A stretch of DNA of 64,000 nucleotides from Prorocentrum cordatum. Lineage: Eukaryota. Below are positions 37,801 to 47,160 of the stretch, piece by piece (positions within the stretch are counted from its first letter, which is position 1; each line of letters begins with the position of its first letter). Below the pieces are notes generated by a model that was given only the letters and a program-made list of their open reading frames with translations, had not been told where the DNA came from and made no database searches. The stretch lies in NCBI GenBank assembly GCA_963575745.1, contig CAUYUJ010000259.1, positions 310,001-374,000 of the forward strand, written 5' to 3'. A program made the translations under genes and the position numbers.

Positions 37801-40114
37801 ACCTGGAGTTCCCCCTGGGCTGGACGCCGCCACGAGCGCTCCGCCATTGCCGCCGCCGGCTACCCCGGCTGGCGTGCGCGTGCCAGGAGCGACTCGCTTG
37901 TCCCCGCCAGGTTTGATGCCCGGCCTTGTACCGAATCTCGGGCAGATGTTCACTAACCGGAGCGCTTACGGCCACGGAGGACTGGTTAAAACCCCGGGGC
38001 AACCCGATCGTAGGTACGCCGCAGGAGCCGGAGAAGGTGAACCTTCAGCCGCTTTCTCCACCTACGCGCAAGTCCTCCAGAACGGTCAAGAACAGCAGCA
38101 CCTGGACAATATGCGGCTGCTGCAGGCGGTGGACAGCCTCCGCAGGTCCGGCGAGGGAGAGAAGGTAGCGCAGCGGGGCACCCTCGGCGCCATCGGACGC
38201 GCCGAGGAGCTGGACGTGTACCTGGCGCGGGGTTGCGACACCCTCGACGTAGAGGTCTGCGGTACCCTGACCGGGCGGGAGTTGTTCCATGGCCTCAAGC
38301 GCGCCTGCGAGCACGCGAAGCACGCGATGCAGGCGGCGAACTGGCCGACGACGATGACGAACAGGATGGCGCACGGCATCGCCGCCTTCTGTTGGGGGGG
38401 GCGGGACCACAAGGATCTGGCTGAGTGGTCGATCTCCGTGGCCGATTTTCCCCATTGCAAAGCCGAGGTGTTCGACGCCTACACCATGCCCACCACGTGC
38501 AAGCTCGAGCCGCGCCCCCGGCACCCGGTCGTCTTCTCTCAGTGGGTGAGGCAGGCCGAGAACGTCATCACCGTCTTCGGGCTGGTCTACGGGCGGATGC
38601 ACGAGCCCGAGCGACGCCGAGCCCTGGAGACCCTGCGCCTTGCCTACGAGGAGGATGACGTGGCCTTCCCAGCTGACTATGTGCACAGTCTTTGGGAGGA
38701 GCTTGCTGCAACCTGGTGCGAGCAGCTTCGGGAGAAGCGAAGGGAGGTGTGCCGCATCCTGGGGCTCACCAACCCGCGCCGGGAGGACATCAAAACCATC
38801 GCCCTCGCCCCCACAGGGCCGTCTGGGAGTGCGTGGCTGACCTTCCCGAACGTGTACGACCTCGACGCACCGGACGGGCACTGCCAGGTGGTGCGCGTCC
38901 CTCGCCAGGCCCGGCGGCTGCAGAGGTTCCTCCACCAGAACCTCCACACCGGCCCCTCGAGGACCCCCAAGGCTGGGAAGGCTGACGAACACGCCCCAGC
39001 AGACCAGGAGGCGCCCGCAGGAGCTGGCCCAAACACAGGAAAGGCAGGGGCTGCCGTCAAGAAGGCTGCTGCCAAGAAGCGGCCCGCCGCCCGGGCGTAC
39101 CCAGCAGGGAAGGCGCTGACGTCCAGCGAGATCGGGCGCTCAGTCAAGCATGCCCCCCGGGACAAGAACGGGAAGGTCATCTGCTGGGGCGCCTGCGCAT
39201 GGGCTGGCTGCCCCAAGGCGGCAGGGACCTGCGCCCACTCCCACGAGGCCATCAAGGGGCTTGGCAGCTTGGACTGGACCGTGCAGGCGCAGCTCATCAG
39301 GCGCGGCGGCCTGAAGTCTGGCGCTAAGGTCGACCCCGCCTCGGTCAACGGGCGGGTAGCTCAGCTCAGGGCCCAGGCCAAGGCCGAGGCGGACAGCAAA
39401 AGGGCTGGGGGAGGCGCCGGAGAAGGTCCCGGGGCCTCTGCGGGAGGCAGCCGAGCGGGAGGCTCGCCGGCTGTTTGGTCCCCCCCATCTGCCTTCGACG
39501 AGATTCAGACCACCGCCCTCGAGGAGGAGCTCAGGCAGGCCGTCCAGGGCCCCGAGGAGGACTGGTTGCTGGACACCCACGCCAACGCGCCCGCGGTGGA
39601 GGGGACCAGTGAGACGACTCATCCAGCTGCTCTCGAAAGATGGAACATCATCGAGAAGATCTTGGAGAGCGGGACCCTCGTGACGCTGGGCGACATCAGC
39701 GACTACCTGCATTCACACGCCCTGGCCAGGCTCGCACGCGCCAGTTCAGAGGGCATCTCCCTGAGCTTGGAGGAGGTACTGCTGGAGGCGACTCGGGACG
39801 GGGGGCCAACCCTCGCCGAGGAAGCCGGCCGGGCCCTCGACAAGCTGGGATCAAAGGCGGGGAGGAGCAGCACCCAGGACCTCAGCATTGGAGGGGCCTC
39901 CTGGGACGAGGAGGCTGGGGTTGGCCGCGGGAAGCTCACGGTGCAAGACCAAGAATGGGACTATCTCGACTTCCAGGGCGAGCTTCAGCCCGACGAAGAG
40001 ATGAGAACCCGGCTCGGCCTCAAGGAAGGCGACGCAGAGCTCAGGCAGCGTCTGGTGCTCCACATCGCGGCCGCCCTGCTCTGGGAGGATAAGGAGCCTG
40101 ATGCGCCGCCGTGA
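34820..40114 (+). CDS. Retrotransposon ORF1 / Gag-like N-terminal part of the polyprotein (signal-like N-terminus, TM segments, Cys/His clusters, CCCH-type zinc finger)
   Basis: Open frame of 1819 codons with the first ATG at 34820 (MAARRPALAGAARGL). Hydrophobic stretch LTVFGAAWPAVAWTFIFLAFLAVLACL at ~35370-35450. Cys/His motifs HLCRNLVC..HC and HLCAHH..CSQVTC..LCLLH. CWGACAWAGCPKAAGTCAHSH (C-x8-C-x6-C-x3-H) at ~39182-39244. The Gag assignment is by position only. Confidence 0.8.
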   Translation: MAARRPALAGAARGLAALATSAAAYDWRGPLSSAVARASWGHPAAAQEAPFGYTVPYYDDSEYGMEIGEHKEEGGDAGSPQAPPDSGPPGAPPPPPAQAAGGVDNGSDPTKDPGNEESWVGGWGVWALGLKPLREGTWAWRLSGMGGVAYEKLDSLGSAFSTHAETGWLTKDGGWFFYALEKLGLTVFGAAWPAVAWTFIFLAFLAVLACLTHICRTLLAPCAAAIWLIGLLARCTKCRRREPGDADAERYLPPAPPALTQINWMGPETGPATTTEYYSKKVKGRGTGRRPNDVLIKIDDHVARLKIDLSEPKRIDRKGLWIDYLGVKGASSRALRQKLESLEGRSIHLCRNLVCRDQPGEVHCKEYAALDSEAIVDIGSRARFTSCRGVFLLWRTVADLGRGIWKVTVFLYCILSCGCSFCCRRRRRRKTGAAEPGVAGSIAEVLDQESESEVEAEDKPCEAVRVGIVLRGGARPLASDGCRGAAEAEPTTLLFEDGQASDLPPPSDGRNSFAHLCAHHAQVYRASRYRDKCSQVTCYRQAVGNAEGVPLCLLHLGGEAGRAAQAAAAVQGRGFFSNLGLRRRTVRSRSPRAREQGIPVNAAPPADGARGPEGHRGQAAPGQHRREASASPRGPSVGVRFEAPPSPRVPLPRDASPAPDEETEQGDPLVLRVRVHWAAGPQWVIFLGKSRPGGGPTGDGSATVVDVEEPHCKDYSAEGQENVCFTLKTAGIEYAPVASDQGRLPAGYLEELLYHPPLGAEEMGVGVHGVVVSSTMWEKLRPWNGVPVGGKTKRIGRPQWAQRRARGDLLACRHPAGTSGDTPGVPQPTPDELDTQLKKHWARLDRSSSPKPPFGVGWGLGEEGDLASSVPRRSSRSPAGKDHEEENTGEAMLGLYLAAHEEGSDDASALQSVAAGYDEDITVALGHLIKYTRRLVRSSGTEGRVKYQAHIDRWERKLERVRAEKDEGVNPPLASSLLKLDTERKPDASQEPSQPGVPPGLDAATSAPPLPPPATPAGVRVPGATRLSPPGLMPGLVPNLGQMFTNRSAYGHGGLVKTPGQPDRRYAAGAGEGEPSAAFSTYAQVLQNGQEQQHLDNMRLLQAVDSLRRSGEGEKVAQRGTLGAIGRAEELDVYLARGCDTLDVEVCGTLTGRELFHGLKRACEHAKHAMQAANWPTTMTNRMAHGIAAFCWGGRDHKDLAEWSISVADFPHCKAEVFDAYTMPTTCKLEPRPRHPVVFSQWVRQAENVITVFGLVYGRMHEPERRRALETLRLAYEEDDVAFPADYVHSLWEELAATWCEQLREKRREVCRILGLTNPRREDIKTIALAPTGPSGSAWLTFPNVYDLDAPDGHCQVVRVPRQARRLQRFLHQNLHTGPSRTPKAGKADEHAPADQEAPAGAGPNTGKAGAAVKKAAAKKRPAARAYPAGKALTSSEIGRSVKHAPRDKNGKVICWGACAWAGCPKAAGTCAHSHEAIKGLGSLDWTVQAQLIRRGGLKSGAKVDPASVNGRVAQLRAQAKAEADSKRAGGGAGEGPGASAGGSRAGGSPAVWSPPSAFDEIQTTALEEELRQAVQGPEEDWLLDTHANAPAVEGTSETTHPAALERWNIIEKILESGTLVTLGDISDYLHSHALARLARASSEGISLSLEEVLLEATRDGGPTLAEEAGRALDKLGSKAGRSSTQDLSIGGASWDEEAGVGRGKLTVQDQEWDYLDFQGELQPDEEMRTRLGLKEGDAELRQRLVLHIAAALLWEDKEPDAPP

Positions 40115-43100
40115 AGGCCCTGGCTGCTCAGCTCCGCCGCGAGTTGTGGGATGGAGCCACCACCGCCTCCGCCGCATTGGGGGACGCACCTCCCTTCGTC
40201 TCGCCACGCGAAGCCGAGCTCCGGATGCACTGCCACGATGTCCAGCACCCGCACCACGACAAGGACTTCAGGTGCATCTCGGTCTTCCCCCTGAGTGCCC
40301 TCAACACGACCACCGTCCGGGTCTGGAGGATCAACCATTGGAACCAACTCGAGATCGACTCCGTCCTGCCGACGCAGACCAGCGAGAGGGAAGTCCACGT
40401 CATGATCCACCGAGGGCATATGCGGGTGCTCAGGCCACCGGTCGTCAGCGGCCAGAGTCCCAACAAGCGAGGCCGGGCATTTGGGGAGAACCTCAAGACC
40501 TGGACACTAGCTGGGAAACCCGTCCGCGAGCTACTCACGGTCGGCTGGGAGATGTACCTGGAGTCAGAGGAGGTCGCGGGGCCCGTGATCCCTAGCCGGC
40601 CCCCGCCCTGCATGCACTGCAAACGTATGCAGCAGGCTCAGCTCCCAACGCGTGAGGGCGCCGTCGGGAACCAGGAGCTCGAGGAGGAGGACTTCTCCAG
40701 TCTCGCACCACTCCTGCGCAAGCCCGCCTTTGCGTGGGGCATCCGCACTCGCGAGATCTTCGCAGGGACAGGGAACTGGACCAAGGCGATGCGAGAAGCT
40801 GGACTCCAGACGGCCCCGTCCGTCGAGTATTTCCAGGACCCCCTGGCCCAGACCGGGCCCCAGGAGGAGCACGACATCCTCGATCCCCAAGTGCGAGAGA
40901 GGCTCCTCCTCGACGCTGGGGCAGCGCCAGGCCCCGACGAGGCGAACGTCTACCAGTTGGCCCCCCCGTGCACGACCCACTCAGCTTGGTGCCTCAAGAA
41001 CGGCGGGACCCGCGCGTTTGAGCATCCGGACGGCGACGGGACGGTCCAGGCGGAGATCGACAGCAACATCATGACCGATTTCGCCGCCGACCTCTGCGAG
41101 CGCCTCGACGCCAACGATCGAGAGTGGATGCTCGAGAACACGGCCAGCGACGGACGCTACCCGAAGATCTGGGACAGGGCCAGGATCAGGCAGCTGCAGA
41201 AGCGCACAGGAGCACGGATTATCTCCGTCGCCATGTGCGAGTGGGGGCTAGGGCCCCCAGAGGAGCCTGCGAAACGGCACCGCAAGCTGACGTTCTGGAT
41301 GGTCTCGAAGGGCCTTTACCCTTGGGCGCTCTCTCTGGCGAGGCGCTGCACCAACCAGCACGAACACGTCGCCCTGGAGGGGCCTCTCCCCTACGACCTG
41401 ACCCAGGCCCAGATCGACCGCTACAACTCCTCCAAGCTCTCGCTCAGCCAGTCCGAGCAGAAAGACATCCTGAGCCTGACCAATCGATTAGCCCTGGCAG
41501 GCGTGCAGGCCCAGGGTCTCGCCGCAGATACCAAGACCCTGGAAACCCCACAGCTCGGACCCGAGCTGCTGCGCCCGCTGAACGACCTCGTCGGCAAGCT
41601 GGGGCCCGTGAACTTCCACTGGAGCCGGGTTGAACCACGCACCGGGAAGGCCTTCGAGGACCTCCCGGAGGGCGCCGTGGCCTTGTACGACGGACGCGAT
41701 CGAGCCGACAATTTCGTGGCCAAGATCTCACACCGGTCGCCCCCGTGCCTGCACGGTGGCGGGCGCATCCCCAGCGGAGCTCCCCCACTGGCCAAGGCAC
41801 TGCGGGAGGAGTTGAGCACCCTCGGCTTCCAGGTCGGTCAGCGTGGACTACGTCGCACCCGCTACGCCGGCCAGTACCCGACGAGGCTGCGCGCTGCCTG
41901 GGCCGAGGTCGTCAAGGCTGCGGGAGCGGGGGCCCCCCCCGCGAAGCTCCTGAAGGAGCTTGAGCCCACCGTCACGACGAGGGCCGGGGACAAGATGGCG
42001 GCGGGAGCCGGTGACGGTGTTCACCTGGCGGACCCCCCCCCTCCTTTTCGCTTCCAGGACGTGCCAGTCACGGAGAAGGAGGCGGAGGAGGACCATCCAG
42101 CGGAGCTCAGAGGATGGCAGTGCGCGAACAGAGGCAAGAAGAGAGGAGGGTGGAAACGCAACAAGGCGAGAAAGAGGGATCCCGACCGAGGAGCGCCACC
42201 ACCGGGCCCTGGAGGAGATGGCGGAGACGACGAACCTGGGGGAGACGAAGGAGAAGGAGAGGAGGAAGAGGAAGAGAAGGAGCCGCCCAGGAGGGTCAAG
42301 AAGTCCAGGCAAGCCGAGCAGCAAGCCGATGAGCCAGTCAAGGTGCTTCTTCCGCAGCGTGGGGACCGATGGATACCAATCCCGGGGGCCCCCATGTACG
42401 CGCACGAGCTCCAGAGCGTCTTCATAACCTGCAGGTGGCTGCGCGACGACGCCCTCAGCCCCGAGGAGCTTCGCCTGTTCGTCTACACCGACGAGGGGGG
42501 CACCGCAGGAGCCGAGGGACCTCCCTTAGAAGACGACGATCGTGTCGAACCCGGGGAACGCCTTATCCTGTGGATCGGGAAAGAAGACATCGGGAATTGG
42601 GCAGCCTGGGCGCCGCGCTGGATCAAGAGGGCCGCGGACGAGGAGCGTGAGGGGGCGCCGTGGCACCGCAGCGAGGCCACCCCCGCGTCCCACCGCAGTG
42701 TCACGCTGAGGATCGCCGACCGCGTCAGCTCCCAGGGCTTTGGCAGCCCAGAGCTTGGCGCTGTCTGGAACAGGCGGGCCCCCCCACCGCACTCAGGAGG
42801 GAGACGCTTCCAGCAGGCTGCCGCCCAAGCCCTCCAGAGACAAAGCCGCGAGGCGCCCGCTGGAGGGTCCAGCGGCGGCGGCAGCTCAGCCGACAGCATC
42901 AAGCTGGAGAGCATAAGGAGGAAGCTCGAAGCCGCCAAAGCCGCCGAGGTAGGTGTCCTGGAGGAGGAGGAGAAGCGTATCAAGGAACTGCAGATACAGC
43001 TGGCAGAGGCTAAGGAGCGCCGCCGGGCCCGTCGTGCGAGGGATGCCGGCAAGCGCGAGGCAGAGCAAGCGCAAGCCAGGCATCCCCGCCGGGCCAGCTC

Positions 43101-46100
43101 AGAACCCCCCAGCGGGCAAGGCGCGGCCACCCCTCTCGATCCAGCCTGGGAGGACGAGGCCCCGTTGCCCTCGGCCATCCTGGATGGGGAGAACAAGTGC
43201 CACGAAGCGGAGTGCATCTTGAATAACCTGCTCGGAGTTCCAGCTGACGATCCCACAGGACCTGATCGGAGGAGGAAAGCGCGGGAGCTCCTGATCGAGG
43301 GCATCAGCTCCACGTTCGAGGACCTACCGCGGAGCTGGACCGGCACCCCCTACGAGGAGCAAGGCGAGATCGCGAGCGAGTACGTTGACATCTTCGAGAA
43401 GCTGACCCGCAAGATGGTGAAAGCAGGGGAGCTGGACGACACCCCCGCAAAGAAGCGCCAGAGAATCGTGTATGAGAAGGCGGAGGAGGAACCCACGAGC
43501 GACGACGCGGACTCCGCCGAGAGCTCGGAAGACGAGGTGGTGGAGAAGCCGCACGCGAGGACCGAGGAGGGAATAACCCCCCCCCTCCCAGAGGACCCAG
43601 ATCCCCTGAGCCTCTGGCCCGGGCAAGCGGAGGCGGCCAGGCGGAGCAGGGAGGAGACTTTCCAGAGCTCTCCTGGGGCCAGCGGCAGCGGAGGCCCCGC
43701 CCCCGCCGCAGGCGCAGAGCCACCGCCGAGTGCACCTCCACCGCCCGAGGTACTGGAACCCCCCTCAGACCCAGCCCAGCATCGGAGGAGCAGACTCCCC
43801 GCCACGATCCCCCAGAAGGCCGCGCGAACGAGGAGAAGCCGCTCGGCCATGACAGTCGTGGAAGCAGCCAGGCGTGCCGCAGGCAGGTCGACGACCTCCA
43901 GCGGAGACCCCCCTACTGGGGGAGCAGACGCCGGCAGCGCAGGGACGTCCGGAGAGAAGCTCACACTCAGGCCCAAGCCGAGATCACTGGGTGCCCAGCT
44001 GCGCGCCACCTCCAAGGGAGAGCCATCGCAGCCCAGACCCCGCCAAGATGATCCAGCCAGGCCGCTCGTGCCCCCGGATCACGCAGTCAGGCCCCTGGTG
44101 AGGCCTCCAGGGTGGCGCCCGCTTCTCCCTGGGCAAATCTGCCGGCCGCCGGGGATGCCGCCGATGACGCCGCCCCCTTGGCCGTCCCCTCCGCGGGGAG
44201 GCCGCTGCGGGGGACCCCCTTTGGGGGAGGCGCCGGCGGCACCGAGCGGTGGGAGGGCACAGGAGGAGGCGCGTGCCTACGTCAAGTGGCGCGCGGACCA
44301 CCCCACCTTCCAGCCCGAGAAGGTGCCAGAGGTCGTGAAGCGGGGCAACTCACTCCTCCGTCTCGCCGGCAGCATCGAGAGGGCTGCCGAGTTGCTGAAG
44401 CACGCGCGGGAGGAGGTCCATGGGAACCCGCTGGGCGGCGTACTCCAAGAAGACGTGCAGAAGTCCTTGGACCCGCACCACGCCGCCTACCTCCGGGCCA
44501 TGGCCACCGGGGGGGTACCCGTGCGACGCACGGAGGAGCGGACGCGCACACAGGCCAAGTCGCACTCCTCGGCGGTGGACCACGCGCTGGAGATGTTCGA
44601 GAAGGCCTGGAAGGACAGCCGCTACGGCGTTGTCCTCTGGGCCTCGGACGAGGTCGAGGACGTGCTCGCCGCCTCGGCGCTGGTCGAGTCGCCCAGCGGG
44701 AGGGTCCCCAAGATGTTGCCGGATCGGACCATCTCGAAAGAGGGCCGGCCGATCCACGACATGCGGGCGGCCAACGCCTTCTCCCCGAAGGAGCAGCACC
44801 CGCCAGCGAAGCAGCCCCTCCACAGGGGGCTTGCGAGGCTCAGCCTCTGGTGGGAGGCGAGGCACCCGGGCGTCCAGCAGATGGTGGCGAAGCGCGACGT
44901 GGCCAGGGCCTTCAAGTGGCACCACCTGGAGCCAGCTGCCGTGCCAGAGTTCGGGACGACGCTCCCGGGCAAGGAGGTCGGAGTGCCAGGGCGAATTATC
45001 CTGATCCACGGCGTGCTGGTCTTCGGCTGGGCCGGCAGCCCGGGCGAGTACATGGCGTTCGCCTGGGCGGCCAAGAGCGAGCACGAGAGGAGAAAGCCGC
45101 CGGCGCCCAGGATCAACGATACCGTCAGGTACGCCTCCAAGTGGCTCATGGACGACGGGGTCGTCCTCGAGCCGCTGGTGGGCCTCCGACCTTGGCCCTC
45201 GGCCGAGGAGCTCGACGGGGCCATGGAGCGAGTCTGGGGCCCGGACGCGGTTAACGAGCAGAAACTGGACGTCGAGGGGGAGTTCGCGGCAGAGCAGTTG
45301 ATCTGGGGCCTCCACATGAACTTCGACACGAAGGTGGTTAGGCTCCCAGAACCCAAATGCATCAAGGCTCAGTACCTGCTCGCCCTCCCGGAGCTCAGAG
45401 GATCCAGGCGGGTCCCGCTGAAGGTCGCCCAAGAGCTGCGAGGCTGTGCCCAGTTCTGACCGTCAGCACAGCCGGCCCTCCGCCCCGAGCTCCCCGCCCT
45501 GGACCGGCTCCTCAGCAGCGGGACGAGCTGGGCAGAACCGAAGGGTACGCCTGAGGAAGTCGAGCTCGCCTGGGAGGAGTGGGACGCGTCGGTGGGGTTT
45601 CTGAGGATGCTCTTCGACGTCCCTGAGGCCTGGAGCACGACCTTCCAGGCCAGCTTCACGCAGGCCCTGTCGGTGCGCGAACGCCTCGCCTTGCCGGGGA
45701 CAGCACGTACCACACGGTGGACGGGCGGAGATGCTACCACCTCCTCGATCGGTGCCATCGACTGGGGGAGCGCAACTGCAGGGGATGCCGCGCCGACGCC
45801 GGAGTACATGGCCACGGACGCCGGACCACTGCTCGAGGCCCTGAGTCACGCGGTCAGAGGCGAGAGTGGCGAGGAGGGCTGGATCATAGCGGTGGTCGAG
45901 CTGCTGGCGGTGGTCGCGTTGGCCACGAAGCAGGGCTCGAAGTGGGAAGGCGAGTTGGTGTTTTACGTCACGGACAACCAGAACGTGAAGGCCTGGCTCA
46001 CCAAGAGAAGCCCCAAGAACGCCCTGGCCCGCCACCTGATTCGTCTGGTGGAAAGGATCGAAGCCATGCACGGATGCCGCATCGTCTCGTTCTTCGTGAG

Positions 46101-46887
46101 GACCTATCATAATGAAGTGGCCGACTGGCTTACCCGCGAAGAGGTCAAGAAGGTTCACGACACGCTGGCCACCTCAGGGTGGAAGCGCCTAGAGCCTCCC
46201 GCAGCCTGGGGCCAGATACTGGAGGACGCCAAGGAGCGCCTTCTCAGACTCCCTGGGGAAACGGGCCCCGTGGCCGAGGCGGCCCTTCGACACCGAGCGC
46301 TTCAGCGAGGACATGGGCTGCCGAGAGCTCTCCCGCTCCGCGGGAAGCTGGGTCGAGAAGTGGGGAGTCTCATCAACCCGTACACGAAGGCCCTCAAGCG
46401 CCTCGGGGGATCGGAGCCCGAGGAGAACCAGAAGGTGGGATGGCTCATGGCGTCGCTGTCCCTAGACCCCAAGGGCCGAGAGATGGAGGCTTTCCTCGTC
46501 GCAGCAACTCAGGAGAGCCCTGAAGTGGTGGTCGTGGACGCCCCGACCGGGGTGGACACAGCCAGTTTCGAGACGGCACTCAGGCAGCTGGGCTACATGG
46601 TCTCGAAGTTCGAGGTGGTCTGCACGCACCGCGGGGGCGCCGCGACGCGGACCAGGCGGGTGCTCGTGGGCGGACGTCGGAAAGCGGGAGTGGGCCTGGC
46701 GTGCATTAACATGCCGCCGGCCTGCTCCCGAGCTGCCAGCGTCAAGCCTCTCCTGGACAAGGGAAAGGACCACCTGTGGCTCGACCAACAAGGCGAAGTG
46801 TCATGGGACCCCCGCATCCAGTCCACCAGCGACCCCCTCCTCCTCAAGCCGGTCGGGCACCTCAAGAAGATGGAGCGAAGCACCTGA
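40111..46887 (+). CDS. Pol region: C5-MTase-like domain, long linker, reverse transcriptase, RNase H and the start of a second MTase-like domain (one in-frame TGA at 45457-45459)
   Basis: ORFs 40111-45459 and 45592-46887 are in the same frame, separated only by one TGA (CAQF*PSAQ). RT motifs: GRVPK..RPIHDMRAAN, AKRDVARAFK, VLVFGWAGSP, LMDD (45145-45156). RNase H motifs: GGDAT, IAVVELLAV, VTDNQ, HNEVADWLTR. Confidence 0.9.
40741..41915 (+). other. C5 cytosine DNA methyltransferase-like domain 1 (catalytic PC retained)
   Basis: Ordered motifs: I EIFAGTG, III HDILD, IV LAPPCTTHS (~40957-40983), VI WMLENT (~41125), VIII-like MCEWG..HRKLT, then C..HEH..LEG and the C-terminal AGQYP..WA. Confidence 0.75.
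44250..45456 (+). other. Reverse transcriptase domain (DIRS-type, LMDD variant of YxDD)
   Basis: Conserved RT blocks are present in order and with plausible spacing. Confidence 0.9.
45715..46140 (+). other. RNase H domain (DIRS-type)
   Basis: D-E-D-D catalytic set in GGDAT / VELLA / TDN / NEVADWLTR. Confidence 0.9.
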
Positions 46888-47160
46888 TCTACAGCGAGGA
46901 GGGGCCGGTGGGCACCATCCGCTGGCCTGGGGCGGAGCTCCAAGGACCCGGGGCGACGCTCCTCCGTGTCACCGGAGGGGGCGGAGGCACGGTCCGCGCC
47001 CTGACGCCCCAAGAGGTTTGGCGAGTGCAGGGAGGGACCAACGACGAGTGGACCCACCTGAGAGCCCAGGGCTTCACCGAGGACGAACTCCTGAAGGGCG
47101 CAGCCAGGGCGCTCCCGCCGAGGACCGCGGAGGCAGTGCTGACCGCGGTGACAGAAGCGC
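46340..47160 (+). other. Degenerate C5-MTase-like domain 2, split by a frameshift at ~46865
   Basis: SPEVVVVDAP (motif VI-like), LRQLGY..CTHRGGAATRTRRVLVG (VII/VIII-like), VRALTPQEVWRVQGG (IX, cf. RxLTxRExxRLQGF) and GAARALPP (X-like). No PC dipeptide at the motif IV position. Confidence 0.6.

Noticed and set aside
38045..45432. Antisense and alternative-frame ORFs within the retrotransposon
   Set aside because: Shadows of high-GC3 coding sequence with no recognisable motifs.
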